IMG/VR virus record: IMGVR_UViG_3300029922_000015
Span: 85,935-149,934 of that record
DNA: 64,000 nt
Reading direction: 5' to 3' (one strand)
DNA from: a virus
Part shown: piece after piece, positions 41,020 to 53,370 of the stretch
Position numbering within the stretch: position 1 is the stretch's first letter
Layout of the letters: the number at the start of each line of letters is the position of its first letter
Position numbers and translations under genes: made by a program
Notes under the pieces: model-generated
Database searches by the model: none
What the model saw: the letters and a program-made list of their open reading frames with translations, nothing else
Told to the model about the DNA's origin: nothing

Positions 41020-42093
41020 ACAAATGAACGTACTAATTAATATCGAGCGTAATAAACAAACTATCGAAGTCTCTGTTGAATATTACAGGGATAGCGATAA
41101 GGTTGACGATTACGGCTACGATAAGGACGGAAAAGATTACGAATTAACGACGGCGGAAAAGTATCGCGCGGTTAATGCTATTTATATGGGGAAATAATAA
41201 TTAATCTCAATCAATGAAACTCAAGTATGGTTTAAAGAAACTCGATAAGAAAATAGAGTTTCAAATTTTTGAGCAAACGGAATTGTTTCGTAAAACAAAA
41301 GATACTAATACTCTTATATTTAATGCATCTAACGGACTTCAAATCATGTCGGCGAGCCATGTCGAAATGGCGTCTGGCGCAATCTGTTTGCGCGGCCAAG
41401 AAAAATGTTACGATAATACAGTGGCCATGCGCCCTTTTAATAATAATGTAGAACGGGATATATATTATCTAAAGATGCAGTACGCTTTGCTTGAATGGGC
41501 GCGAAGTGCGCCAGCGTTACGAGCTATTCCAGAAAATTCCGCCGAAGTTGAAAGCGGTGATATTTTTATACTAAAATGAAATACAAAGAGACAGGCGAAA
41601 ATCTCCTAGATCGACTAGAACGGGAAAAGCGCGAACGTAAGTTTGTTAAGACCGAAAAGAAACGGCGCAAGAAAGCAGGATTGCCAACGTCGTTTTTTTA
41701 TTGCTAAAATGAAATCTAAATACAGAATTGTCCCTAAACTTGATCTTTGGGGAGCTGAAGCTTGGATTATTCAAAGACGCGTTTTAGGTTTCTTTTGGAT
41801 AGAGATTAGCGACTCTCATTATCTCAGCAAAGCCCGCGAAACTATTCGACATCTTTTGCAGAAGCCGGAATATTTCAAATAATTTGATTGACAAGCCATG
41901 AATCATAATATATTATGATATCGTGATTACCACTACTTATAATTTCCTCGCCCGATGGGCGGACAAAGACAATCGCTATATCGCTAAACGTTGGTGGAAG
42001 TTCAGCGAGCGCAATTGGATTCGAACCTGTTGGAATATGCGTCATATTTCTTATCCTCGTAATAAGGGTTCGCGCTGTTATCCTTATTAATTT

Positions 42094-42372
42094 ATGAAAA
42101 TCATTGTCACTCAACACGATATAAATCTAGGTCAACGACGCAGTGCTGATTTTTGTCCTGTCGCTTTAGCGGCTACAAGAGCTTTTGGCGAAAAAATCCT
42201 CGTAACTCCTAAACGTTTGTGGAATAGCGGATCAAAAATGAGTATCGGATCAAGGTCTAAATCGGTTTTTTTGCCTAAAAAAGCAATGGATTTTATTATT
42301 AATTTTGATTCATTCAAACAAGTTGAACCTTTTGAATTTGAAGTCGGTAAATTGGATACCGATCCAGTATGA
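42094..42372 (+). CDS. tandem paralogue pair 1
   Basis: MKIIVTQHDI...CPVALA...LPKKA...PFEFEV. Confidence 0.7.
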   Translation: MKIIVTQHDINLGQRRSADFCPVALAATRAFGEKILVTPKRLWNSGSKMSIGSRSKSVFLPKKAMDFIINFDSFKQVEPFEFEVGKLDTDPV

Positions 42373-42608
42373 AAATTATTGTAACCGAACAAGATATTCG
42401 GATCGGCAATAAAGCCGATTGCAATTTTTGCCCTATTGCTTTAGCCGGGCAACGCGCTCTTGGGCGTCCGGTTACGGTATCTTGCTACAATATTTATGGC
42501 GGTAGGAATGATCGTTATCCGCTACCAAAGAAAGCGCAAGAATTTATTTGTTTATTTGATAAAGGTGAAAAAGTCGGGCCTTTCGAGTTTGAAGTTTTTC
42601 AGTTTTAG
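42369..42608 (+). CDS. tandem paralogue pair 2
   Basis: MKIIVTEQDI...CPIALA...LPKKA...PFEFEV. Confidence 0.7.
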   Translation: MKIIVTEQDIRIGNKADCNFCPIALAGQRALGRPVTVSCYNIYGGRNDRYPLPKKAQEFICLFDKGEKVGPFEFEVFQF

Positions 42609-42646
42609 TTGTTGACAAGGCGCGAATCGTATAATAATATCTGTTC

Positions 42647-43000
42647 ATGCTCTACACTATCGCTCAAATCAAGGAAAAAATCGCTACTAGCGACGCATGG
42701 CTTCTCCGGGGACTTTTGGCAATTTACGCCAGACAGACCGAAAACGAGCAAGCCTCGGATTCCACCCGCGAAGATAACGGGATTGGATTTAACGGTTATG
42801 ATGCTCCCTTTTTGTCTAGTTTGGTAAAGGGTTATCAGCGATATAATCGTCTCACGCCTCGCCAAGTTCAGGCTTGCCGCAAGTGCATGATGAAATATGC
42901 GGGCCAGCTTACGGTGATTGCTAATCAAAAGGCGTTGACGGTTCAGCCTTCCACGGTTCAGCCCGAACATACCGAAGAGGAGATGGCGCAAGCTATCTAA
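42647..43000 (+). CDS. phage hypothetical protein
   Basis: RQTENEQ...NGIGFNGYDAPFLSS...LTPRQ...KYAGQL. Confidence 0.7.
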   Translation: MLYTIAQIKEKIATSDAWLLRGLLAIYARQTENEQASDSTREDNGIGFNGYDAPFLSSLVKGYQRYNRLTPRQVQACRKCMMKYAGQLTVIANQKALTVQPSTVQPEHTEEEMAQAI

Positions 43001-43012
43001 ATAAACAAAATT

Positions 43013-43387
43013 ATGCCACTTGATTTCTTACCTTTTCATTGGGACGGCGGAAACAATTCAACGTCACTTGAGTTTAATGATTTGCCGCGCGAATGTATCG
43101 ATGATTGTTCGCATTCTGGAAGTTGCGATGCGGATGTCCAACATTGGCGCAAAAGCCTAAATTTCAGTGTAAATCGTGAAATGGCAATGCGTTATCTCAT
43201 TTCAACGGGCGGATGGGACAAAGATGATTTGCGCGATCATTCGGACGAAGATTTGGCCGAAAAGATTCTTTGGCTGGCGTGCGGAACGTTTAAAGATTAT
43301 TTGGCAGAGTGCGAAAGTAAGGAACTTGATCCTTTAGAGTCTCCCGAAACAAATTGCGGGTCGTCTTTTTTTACTCTTGAAGCATGA
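43013..43387 (+). CDS. hypothetical protein, paralogue of 30347..30697
   Basis: See 30347..30697. Confidence 0.7.
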   Translation: MPLDFLPFHWDGGNNSTSLEFNDLPRECIDDCSHSGSCDADVQHWRKSLNFSVNREMAMRYLISTGGWDKDDLRDHSDEDLAEKILWLACGTFKDYLAECESKELDPLESPETNCGSSFFTLEA

Positions 43388-44990
43388 AAACCAAACTCTC
43401 TTTTATTATTCAAGAAAAGAAAACGCCGCGCCAGCTTTGGACGGATACGATTTTTCATTCGGGCGAGTATAGTCTCGCTCATTTGAACGAACTTTTAACC
43501 TCGTGGCGCAAGGGCAAAGGACTTGAATTTCGCCTAATCGAACGCATAACCCGAATTGAAGAGAACGTAATAGCATGACTATCATTAAAATCAATGTTTT
43601 TGTTAGTCAATTAATTAAGAATCCTGAAGCTATCATAGAAGCCAATGCAATAAGCAACCATAAATTAGAGATGGGATGGATTAAGGTTTCTCCCTTGAAT
43701 GGTTTTCTTTTTGATTATATGGATTATCGAATTGTCGCGCCGCGCGATTTAGAAAGATAATTCTTGACAACGCCTAAATCATAGTTTATTATACTAATAT
43801 GCCTACTGACTATCTAACTCCTTCGCAGATTGGCGAGCATATCTTTATCGGGATTATGTTCGTAGGTTTTTTCACGAAACTCGTGCGTCGCTTTACTGAG
43901 TAAACAAATGAACCTTTTTATTCAAGTTTTCTCAATTGTTCTCGGGAGTATATTGATTGGAATTTACGCACATTCCATCATTCTAGCTCTTGGAATTTTA
44001 CTTTTAGTTATCGCTACTCAAACCGCCTCTAATTAATCTTATGTGGCCTACAAACTCTAATGGTTGTAATAAAACTATGGCTCAAATGACTCCGCGCGAA
44101 CGCGAGCAAGTGTTTGCCGAAGCCTTGCGCCGAGCGGGTAAAACTAACTCCAAAGGCAAATGAACAAATTTGTTTTCACATTTCAAGAAGTTGGTGAACT
44201 TCATGGCGGCGGCTCGATTCGTATCGGTACTTGCGAATGCGATAACGAACTAAAAGCTAATGCTCATGCGCGGCGAATCGTTATCGATCAAGGATATCAA
44301 AGCGTCAAGGTTCAATCGCTAGAAGAATGGTATGAAGAAAGACATTTGTAAATACTGAAAAAAGAAAAATCTATGACTTTAAATTTACTCATTGATCGAC
44401 TTATCAATTTAAAAAACGAGGGTAACGGAGAAAGAGAAGTTTACCTTTACGATGGAGAATGGGCAGCTTTCTTTCCTGTAGCTGAAGTAGACACAGAAGG
44501 AGACAACGGAATTCTTATTACCGATAGTTGTTCTTTGAATGATAAAAAAGAAACGGTATGAAAGCTAATCCCGCTCTTGATATTACGCCATACGATTATA
44601 ATAACGCCGAGAACGCTATTAAGAAGGGCAAAGTCGCGCGGCTGACTTTTAAGCAAGTCCGCCCTAATCATTTGACGGTTGTTAAGATTAATATCATCAA
44701 AGACTTATGATTTTAGAAATTCGCAAAAACGGAGATTGCTATATTGATGATAATATAGTTTATCGCATTGGTATAAACGAAATAATGAAAGCGGGCGATT
44801 ACATTATACATCCCGAATCTAGAGATAGGATTGATTTTGTTATTCCCAAAGGCGGCTATTGGGATGGCGTACCTTGCGATGAGCTTTGCGAAAAAGTCCC
44901 TGTTTATCGTAAGATTGCTTTTAAAGACTTAGAAGTATAATTATCTTGACAAGTGATGAATTATGTTATAAAATCATAAAAACTAACTAT

Positions 44991-45392
44991 ATGAAAATTT
45001 ACATTCTTACCTCCGGTTCTTATTCTGATTATCGCATTGAAGGAGTATTTACCGATAAATCTATCGCGGAAAGTATGACTAAAAATTTTTACGATGCGGA
45101 AGTAGAAGAATTTGATTCAGACCCTATAAACCTGAATACTCTAGAAGCTTTTAAGGAATGGAATTTCTTTTTTGTTTCGTTCGATGATAATGGGGAAATT
45201 TTTCAATCCTATCTGAACTATCCCGGCTTTAATGATTATCATCGTAATTTTCGATTTTGCACTCATGGCGCGGTCAAAAACGGAAATAAAATAACCGTGC
45301 ATGATCTATCGGTATGGGCGAAGGATCAAGAACACGCAATAAAGATTGCCGCTGAGAAATTTGCCCAATTTAAGCTTGGATTTAACTATTAA
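44991..45392 (+). CDS. phage hypothetical protein
   Basis: ATG 44991; MKIYILTSGSYSDYRIEGVF...VWAKDQEHAIKIA. Confidence 0.65.
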   Translation: MKIYILTSGSYSDYRIEGVFTDKSIAESMTKNFYDAEVEEFDSDPINLNTLEAFKEWNFFFVSFDDNGEIFQSYLNYPGFNDYHRNFRFCTHGAVKNGNKITVHDLSVWAKDQEHAIKIAAEKFAQFKLGFNY

Positions 45393-45614
45393 ATGAACAT
45401 ATCTGATTATCTTATTATTGGCGGGTTTATTATCTGCTATCTAACTATCGGGCAAGACATTCGAGAGGTTTGGCGGGAAATTCCGAAACAGAGGCGTTAT
45501 GGAATACTATTGATGAGTTTAGGGGCGCTTCTCGTAGTAATAGGCGCAATTGGCTTGAAATCTATTTTTAATTTTCTCATTGACACGCCATAAATCCTAA
45601 CCTAAACTCATTTT

Positions 45615-45821
45615 ATGAAAACTATGATTATCGCTCTCCTATTGGCGAGCATTGTGTTGGCGCGGGCTGATTCCATTACGATTACGTTGAAAACCGGACA
45701 GGTTTACGAAAACGTTAACGTTGTCAGCGAAACGAAGGATTTTATCACCATCGAACTTCCCGATGGTAAGCAAAAGAATTTCAATAAGCGGTCGATTCAA
45801 AGCACGCATTACGGAATGTGA
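45615..45821 (+). CDS. small exported protein
   Basis: Signal peptide MKTMIIALLLASIVLARA-D. Confidence 0.7.
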   Translation: MKTMIIALLLASIVLARADSITITLKTGQVYENVNVVSETKDFITIELPDGKQKNFNKRSIQSTHYGM

Positions 45822-45825
45822 TTTT

Positions 45826-45850
45826 TAAATGGGAAGTAACTAACCTTTTA
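45826..45850 (+). promoter_or_regulatory. GRRGTRACTAA-loop hairpin (copy 2)
   Basis: taaatgg-GAAGTAACTAA-cctttta, intergenic if the next gene starts at ATG 45857. Confidence 0.5.
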
Positions 45851-46154
45851 TTATTAATGAAATACAAATACGTTATTGTCGAACCGGGCGATAAGTTACA
45901 GCGTGGCGACGAATATTATGTAAATGGCGGTTGGTTTGGAATGCCCAACGACCATATTGGCAAAGCTCCTACGATGATGGCTCGCCGTAAGCTTGTTAAT
46001 ACTGATATTTACGATACGGGTTTTCATGACGGAGCGCAGGCGCAACAATATCGTATCAATCACTTCTTAGACGAATTCAATTCGGATAGTCCATCTGCTG
46101 AATATACTAAGCTAGAACGCTTTAAAAATATCTGATCGGGCAAACCATAAAATT

Positions 46155-46541
46155 ATGATTAATAAAGAAAATATTCGTAAGTGGGTTGATGCATTGCGTA
46201 GTGGGCGTTTTACTCAAGGGATAGGATGTTTAAAGCGATTTAATGAAAATAAACATAAATACACGCATTGTTGTCTTGGTGTCGCTTGCGAAGTGGCCGA
46301 AGAATCCGGGGTGTCTCTTTCTATTGTAGATCAAAGCTATTTCGTGTTTGATGACGAGACGGCTTTACTTCCTTTTAAAGTTATTAAGTGGCTTGGGGTG
46401 GAGTGCGGCGATCCTTTGATTAAAGCGAAGCCGGGAGATAAATTATCTGACGGGGAAACTAGTTGTATTGATGCAAACGATACTCTCAAATATACTTTTG
46501 ATGAAATCGCCGATGGGATTGAAAAGAAATATCTGAAGTAA
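46155..46541 (+). CDS. phage hypothetical protein
   Basis: WVDALRSGRFTQGIGCL...CCLGVAC...NDTLKYTFDEIAD. Confidence 0.7.
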   Translation: MINKENIRKWVDALRSGRFTQGIGCLKRFNENKHKYTHCCLGVACEVAEESGVSLSIVDQSYFVFDDETALLPFKVIKWLGVECGDPLIKAKPGDKLSDGETSCIDANDTLKYTFDEIADGIEKKYLK

Positions 46542-46587
46542 TAACAAATTACTTGACATGCGATGAATCATGGTTTATTATAAGATC

Positions 46588-46938
46588 ATGGACGCTAACG
46601 AAATCAAAAACGGTTTACGGAATTTTTACGGTACGGAAAGCTATACAAAGTACATGGGCGGAATTCTTTTGACGGATGGCGTCAAATGGCTTGCCGATAA
46701 CGCCAAGTGCTATTGGCTGTTAGATATCCTTTGGTCGATTAAGAATATGCCGAAGGTTAAGCGAGAAGAATTTCTTACTATCGATCTGAAAGTTAAGGAT
46801 CAAAAGGCGGTTTTCACCGCTGGCGACGGTAACGACAATATTGTTTATAAGCAAACTATCGGATATACCGATTTTCCTTTAGACGAAATCCGGTTGTTTT
46901 TCTGCAATAACGTGCTCATGCTCACAAGCGAATATTGA
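46588..46938 (+). CDS. DUF6876-like protein
   Basis: FYGTESY...LTDGVKWLADNAKCYWLLD...YTDFPLDEI...LMLTSEY; start 35 nt after TTGACA 46553. Confidence 0.7.
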   Translation: MDANEIKNGLRNFYGTESYTKYMGGILLTDGVKWLADNAKCYWLLDILWSIKNMPKVKREEFLTIDLKVKDQKAVFTAGDGNDNIVYKQTIGYTDFPLDEIRLFFCNNVLMLTSEY

Positions 46939-47916
46939 AATGATTACTTTAACATCTACCTCTAACGAAGTAATACGCAAGGCTCTAAGCGAGCGTGTTA
47001 GAAATTTGGAAAACACCTATATTAATCGCAAAGGAATGATGCGGCGCGATACTAACTATATTCAAACGCAAGCAATGCTAAATATGTTTAATCGCGAAGA
47101 TAACGAAATTCAAATCAAAGTTAAATACGTGGCCTAATTATGCACAAAGCTCTCATTACAATTCACAATCCCACGGCGCGCGAGCCCATTACGGAATTTA
47201 TCTATTGGAGTAATATGGATGGTTATTTGTCTGAAATAACGCGCCTAATCAAAGCTAAGGGCGGTTATTGCTCCACTTACGAAATTAGTTATCAAGGAAA
47301 GGTTTGATATTATGAAATATCAAATTGTTTCCCCCGTCAAAGCTCTCAATACGTTTGATGATGTTAAGATTGGCCAAGCCTTTATGGCGAATGGTATGAA
47401 CAAGTATTTAAAAATTTCGGAACATTATGGTTTTAACATGGAAAGTAATAAGGTTGTTTATTTTGGTTATTTAGAATCTGTTACCCAGATTTTTCGTAAT
47501 CCCGAAATTTTGTTGAAGGATTAATTTATGCCCGTCTATATTATTCAACTTAAAAAAGGGGAAATATGGACGCCTTTTTATAATGGAGTTCATGGTAAAG
47601 ATAAAGAATTTACCGATATAGATGAATGTCTAAAATACGTTGAAGAACTTACCCAACGTTTTAAAGCTTTAAAACCCGAATATCGGCCAATGATAAAGCT
47701 TGGGCCAAAAAAATATCGTCCTTTAGATTTAGAAGTATAATATGATTAAATTTTTGTGGAAATATTATCACATAAGCCTTTGGTGTGCTTATTGTTATGT
47801 TTGGTGTCCCATTAAAAATTACGGGGATAAGTTTTTTAATAATGCCGATTTAATTGCCAGAGAATTTGTTAGAAAAAATTCTTGACATCGCATGGATCAT
47901 AAAGTAATATTATAAC

Positions 47917-48135
47917 ATGATCACCAAAGAAATCGCCATTGCCCTTCGCGGTCGCACGGTTTTGCACCATGTCACGAAAAAGAACTCTGATAATACGCCG
48001 ATGCGCGTGCGCGTCAATGGCAAGTGCAAGACTTGGGTAACTCGCCCGAACGAGTTCCGCTTGCCTGTTAAATATGGTCTGTATGAGTGTGGATATATTG
48101 ACCAAGACAATGCCGCAAGTTTCGTTGTAGCCTAA
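47917..48135 (+). CDS. phage hypothetical protein
   Basis: RVNGKCKTWVTRPNEFRLPVKYGLY. Confidence 0.65.
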   Translation: MITKEIAIALRGRTVLHHVTKKNSDNTPMRVRVNGKCKTWVTRPNEFRLPVKYGLYECGYIDQDNAASFVVA

Positions 48136-49400
48136 TCTAATAAAATTTATGAAATTTAAGCAAGTAAAATGCAAATCCGGTTTGATGGGCGAGCAATTCA
48201 AATTGCGCGATAGTTATAATAATAATTTCGCTGAATTTGAAGGTTATTCAAATATGTATGGCATTGCCAAGCGTCTAGGCTATAAAACAAATAAAGGCGC
48301 ATGGAGGGCGAATCCTACGGTTCAATGCTCTACTAATCCTAGAGATTTCATTAAAGTATGAACAAATTTATTATTGAAGTTGACGTGGGTAATACTTTTA
48401 AATATTTCGCTGCACAAGGAACGCGCGAGTCGGTAGAAAAGCTTGTGGAAGAGCGAAAAGAACGGTTAGCCCGTTTGTCGTTAACTTATAAAATTTATTC
48501 CTTAGAAGAATACTGGAATAAATTAGGCAAAGCAGAATAATAAAGAAATCTCTTGACAGGGAATGAATCTGGTTATAATATAAAAGTATGACAAAAGAAA
48601 AAGAACTGGCGATTTTGGATGAGGCGGTTGCGAAGCTCGGCAAGGATTCTTACCTGTTTCCCTTCTTTACCGAAGCCCGCGCGGAAGCGGAACTCGAATC
48701 AATTCAATCTTAATAAACAAACATGAACGCAATTACCGCAACGCATGACGCGCAACAAACAAAGGAAATTCTAAACACGATTGGATATTTTTGCAATTTG
48801 CCCAAAGATGGTGAAATGTTCAATGTGCCGATAGCACAAGCGCCGCAAGCTTTCCATGAGCGCATCAAGGGGCGTAAAACGTGCAATCTTGTTAAGCGTG
48901 GACAGAAATACGTTTTTACCTTTCGTTAATAAACAAATTATGGAATTTTATAAATACGGTAAGATGGGCGCGGTTCCATTGCGCAAACACAAAATTTTTC
49001 GTTATGTGCAATTTAAGTTTATAGGCAAATGGTGGCCTATCAAAGAAGCAACTTGGCTTTCTAAAGAAGATTTCAAAAATATAGAATTTAAGTAAAGAAT
49101 TAGCTTGACATGGGATGTCAACTTGGATTTTGTTTACCCTAGCGATTTTAATAATTAATATGGACTTATCTATTGCTGAAATTGATTTGTTGAGAATTCT
49201 TGTCGAAAAACGACGCGAAGCATCGGGAGGTACAAACAATTTTCTTAAAAATCTATCTAATAAACTTGGGCGAGAGCGTGATGTTAAAGTAAACACATTA
49301 ATTCCACAATGGACAGAGGAGGAAAGGATTGCGTTTGAGCATCTTGGATTTTTCGATAAAATTCCTTGACTTTGTTATAATCGTGTGGTAATATCATAAT

Positions 49401-49673
49401 ATGAAGCTAATTCCCCTCGGGCCGAGTGCTCACGTTCTTGAGATTCAAATTGCGAGTGTTCTCTATCGCATTCTCTTTTCTTACGAGACTGTGGTAATGA
49501 TCGCGAAGGATGAAGCGCCTTGCATCGAAATTCATTCGAGCGCCCGATTTTATAGCAATACAACGAAACGCCAAGCAACGATTTTTCTTGAAAAATACTA
49601 TCCTAATAGTATCGTTCAATCTGCGACACAAGATTTTATGAATAATTATTTTGTCGAACTGTCTAATCTGTAA
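49401..49673 (+). CDS. phage hypothetical protein
   Basis: LFSYETVV...YSNTTKRQ. Confidence 0.6.
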   Translation: MKLIPLGPSAHVLEIQIASVLYRILFSYETVVMIAKDEAPCIEIHSSARFYSNTTKRQATIFLEKYYPNSIVQSATQDFMNNYFVELSNL

Positions 49674-51767
49674 TTTTATGAATAAAACATGGCAAGATAA
49701 GTTGGAAAAATGCGTGCTATTTGATGAAGGTCAAGAAGATAAAGACCTTATGTTTTCGCGCCTTCTCAAGGGTTTGCCTAAGCTCATGGATGATTATGCA
49801 TCCGCCGTCTTGAATGATAAGAAATTGCAAGAGAGTTTATTGGTATGAAACTAACCGAATATATCAAGCGTTTGCAGGAATTGGAAAAGGAAGGATATGG
49901 CAATTATCGAGTTGCTTATTTCGAGCAGCATGTTTCGTTTGACGCTGAAAATCCTTACGAAGATAAAGACGAAGATGGAGAAAAAGTAATTTATATTAAC
50001 TAAGCGCATGATTTTCGATTTAAGTGAAATCGCCTTCGAACAATCTAATAACGTTAAACCGGGCTGGATTGAAGAAGAAGAACAAAAATTGCGCCAACAA
50101 ATGAAAACGCAATCCGCGCCGTCGTCTGTCTTGGAGAATCGCAAGGAATTTTTGGAACAATTTAAGGAAAACTAATGACCGCTTATCAAAAACTAATTAA
50201 AGAAAAGCGAAAAGTAGAGCAACTTCTTTGGAAAAAGAAATGCGCACTTTGGAAAGAAAAATATCCTAATGGGTGTTTTCGTGTGGGGGTTCTTCGCCAA
50301 GACTATTATCAAGTAAGAGATGGCGACTTGAAGAATATTATTCTGTTAGGCATTAGTTTCGATAGAAATAATTGTGGGGATGGATTTCATATTTCTAAAG
50401 TAATTGACGGAAAGAATAAAGTCACTTTCAAAGTTGAATACGGGCGCATAATCTTTTTGGATTTCGTAGGCAGAAATTATGCTTACGATACCTTGAATAA
50501 GGCCAAGCTTAAGCTTGATAAATCAGGCGCAAATGAGCTTGGAGAGCTTTTTGATAAGTGGTACGCGCTTTATAATCGGTATAAGAATAAGAAAAGCTTT
50601 TGGGAAAAGTATATGGGCGAGCCTTGCAAGTCTGAATATAATAGTTCTTTTGAAGTATAATCGCTTTAGAAAATGAATTAGAAAAGAAATCAAAATATGT
50701 TTCCATCTAAAACTAAACTAAAACGTAGGGCTCAATTGATTCGCATGTCCGAATCCGAAGAATGGTTTCGCGCTAAATCTTTGGAAAAAGTACAAAAGGA
50801 ATTTCCTCGTGATCAAGTAAGACGAATCGGGCCGAATACTATTCTTATCAGCAAAAAGAAAAGAAATGAAAAAACTTAGATTTGATAAAGATTATCAAGA
50901 ATGGTACGAAGTTGATTAAAATATGATTTACTTTCTAAAAGGCTTACTTAAAATAGCCATTATTTTCTCAACGACAATGCCAGCAATGGTTATTCTTTCC
51001 CCTTGTTTGGCAATACATATTATTAGAATAATTGGAGGCGATGATAACGAAAAACCCGCATTCGATAGATGGTATGATTGGTGGCTTAATAATGTTACTT
51101 TTAAGCTATTAGCAATGTGCGGAATTAAGCCATGAATAAACCAACCGATGAAGAATTAGGTCAAATGGCTTTTGCGGCATTTCGTTCTGATGGGAATTTC
51201 GTTTGGAAATATCTAGGCGATAAAGATCGCTGGATTAAAGTAGGAAAAACACTTTATGAGTTTGGATTCTTTCTAGGCGCGGAATATAAAGAAAAGAAAT
51301 GAATTTGATTTATCTATTTCTAATTTATATCCTAATTGGCATTCCTTTCGGTTTAAGCGTGATAATCTATCAAAAAGAATATGAATTGCGCTTGTATGGT
51401 CTTTATGTAATAATTTGGCCGGTTATCTTATTTGCTATAATTTTACCTTAAAATATGAGAACTTTCGATCAAGAAAATGGATTAAATTCTAATCAAGCCG
51501 ATACTGAATTTTGTGGCGATTTACCTAACGGGGATATAATGATTTCTTGTATGGCGTGTGGAAATGAACAACCAGCGCCTTATAATATACCGATAGGAAC
51601 TCCCGAATTTTGTTCTAAATGTGGCAAAGAGCTTATGTATTGCATTAGGAATTCTTGGTAAGCATTCCTTTCGCCACTTTCCTTGCCCATTTTATTAGCC
51701 AACTAAACGGCTAAATATTGCGCCTATTTAGTGTGGAAAAACTGTGCCTAAATCGGTATAATTAAGA

Positions 51768-52310
51768 ATGCAAGTAAGAGCAATTTTTGATGGTGAAATT
51801 TTCCACGAAGTCTTATTTGATGATGAAGATTTAGATTTCTTTAATAATCATAGTTGGTATGTTTCTCGTCAAGGATATTTAATTACAAGTATTCCTAAAT
51901 GCGTTACGATTAAACGTAAAGGATTCAAAGTCAGAAGATACAAGCGTCGAACTTTGATGCTATTCCATCGTAAAGTAATGGGGATTACAGACAATACTGT
52001 TTCTACGGATCATATCGATCATAATAAGCTTAATAATCAAAAGTCTAATTTGCGAGTATGTTCAGCCCGAACGAATGCGTATAATACAAGAAAATGTAAA
52101 GCGCCTCGTTCTTCGCGTTTTAAAGGCGTGAGTTTTTGTAATACTCGTAAGCTTTTTCGAGCTAATATCAAGATCAATAATACAATAAAACATCTTGGTT
52201 ATTTTGATGATGAAGTATGTGCCGCAAAGGTATATGATAAAGCAGCCCATACATACTTTGAAGGATATGCTTATTTAAATTTTCCTAATGATGTAAATGA
52301 TTATGATTAA
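51768..52310 (+). CDS. HNH-AP2 homing endonuclease
   Basis: DHIDHNKLNNQKSNLR (HNH_3) plus SRFKGVS...HLGYFDDEVCAAKVYDKAA...AYLNFP (AP2). Confidence 0.93.
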   Translation: MQVRAIFDGEIFHEVLFDDEDLDFFNNHSWYVSRQGYLITSIPKCVTIKRKGFKVRRYKRRTLMLFHRKVMGITDNTVSTDHIDHNKLNNQKSNLRVCSARTNAYNTRKCKAPRSSRFKGVSFCNTRKLFRANIKINNTIKHLGYFDDEVCAAKVYDKAAHTYFEGYAYLNFPNDVNDYD

Positions 52311-52422
52311 GTAAGTTATCTATTATAAAGATGTTTAAAAGCTCTGCATTATTTTATTATCTTCAATTGATAATAAAAATAAATTCATTGACAGATAACA
52401 AATCATCCCTTATAAACAAACC

Positions 52423-52563
52423 ATGAAGAATCAATCGCGCCTCAATTATTTCATTCACCAATGGGCATTGTCTGTTTTGGCCTATGGTAATACGGTATCA
52501 AATCGCTGGAATTGGATTATCACGCGCGAATTGAATGAAGTTCTTTCATCTAACGATAATTAA
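52423..52563 (+). CDS. 46-aa peptide
   Basis: Promoter 52388; resembles 52591..52731 (MKN....Y....WA..V.A...I..EL). Confidence 0.55.
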   Translation: MKNQSRLNYFIHQWALSVLAYGNTVSNRWNWIITRELNEVLSSNDN

Positions 52564-52590
52564 ATAAATAATTCGTGTAAAATAGGATTG

Positions 52591-52731
52591 ATGAAACGCA
52601 TTATGAAAAACAAAAATCACTTTCGCTTTTATGTTACTATGTGGGCTAATCATGTCATTGCGCAACGCCCGAAGATGAGTTATTTTTATGTCAATTGCAT
52701 TTCAAAAGAGCTTGATAATCTAGCGAAATAA
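52591..52731 (+). CDS. small peptide, paralogue of 52423..52563
   Basis: Manual translation MKRIMKNKNHFRFYVTMWANHVIAQRPKMSYFYVNCISKELDNLAK. Confidence 0.5.
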   Translation: MKRIMKNKNHFRFYVTMWANHVIAQRPKMSYFYVNCISKELDNLAK

Positions 52732-52778
52732 TAGTAAATAACGTTAATTTATATATTATTTGGATGTATAATTGATGG

Positions 52779-52876
52779 ATTCGAACGAAAATGGCTTAAA
52801 TAACAAAGGCCCAAAATTCGAACGAAAAAGCTCTAAATAAGACCCTCCTGAATTCGAACGATTTTTTGCTAAATAA
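52779..52876 (+). repeat. three bipartite direct repeats ATTCGAACGA-N8-TAAATAA
   Basis: Units at 52779, 52816 and 52852 (period 37 and 36 nt). Confidence 0.9.
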
Positions 52877-53370
52877 GAGCCGCCGCGCGTCGCGATGTCG
52901 AACCCGGGGCAACTGTTCAGCCGCGTGAACAAAACCCGCTGCGGGCTTTAGCGTTACAGCTTAATTGTTTATATTTGCTAATATTTAGCCGACCGGATCG
53001 CCACGTTGACTTATAGGGCATTTTGTTTGTTAGCTTTTAAGCGGGCAATTTCTTTTGTAAGTAATTGTTATTATAATTAATTAAAACTATTTTTTTAAAA
53101 GCGTGCGCTATGGTCGTACTAGTCGCTAGGTCTAATCGTTTCTAGACCTATTTGCGCTCGATTGTGCTATGGATAGCTTTTGACCACTTTGTATAAAAAA
53201 AGCCAGTTAGATTACAAGTTTATTTATTAAACAAATTGGCATGGAACTTTCCTTAGCGGCTTATTCCGCATTGCCTTATATAAGGCGCAAACAAACAAAC
53301 TAACAAACAAGTTTATTATATTATCGTTGCAAGGGTTTATAACTTATTTGCAATTTTATAAAAAATTCGC

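Larger units (their letters stand above)
24856..51661 (+). other. dense array of small co-oriented hypothetical ORFs (phage early/accessory region)
   Basis: Dozens of 50-160-aa + strand ORFs with overlapping stop/start codons, punctuated by TTGACA promoters; most have no recognisable motif. Confidence 0.85.

Noticed and set aside
42005-42040. GGATTCGAACC (reverse complement of a tRNA T-loop)
   Set aside because: Only 2 bp of T-stem and no cloverleaf; it lies inside a 55-codon ORF starting at GTG 41923
8540-45593. Many proteins end in LDK/LDS/VLT/IDT-like C-termini, suggesting a shared peptide tag
   Set aside because: An artefact of the next promoter's TTGACA overlapping the end of the upstream gene
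52779-52876. CRISPR array
   Set aside because: Conserved boxes are only 10 and 7 nt, variable parts are 8-12 nt, there are three units and no cas genes
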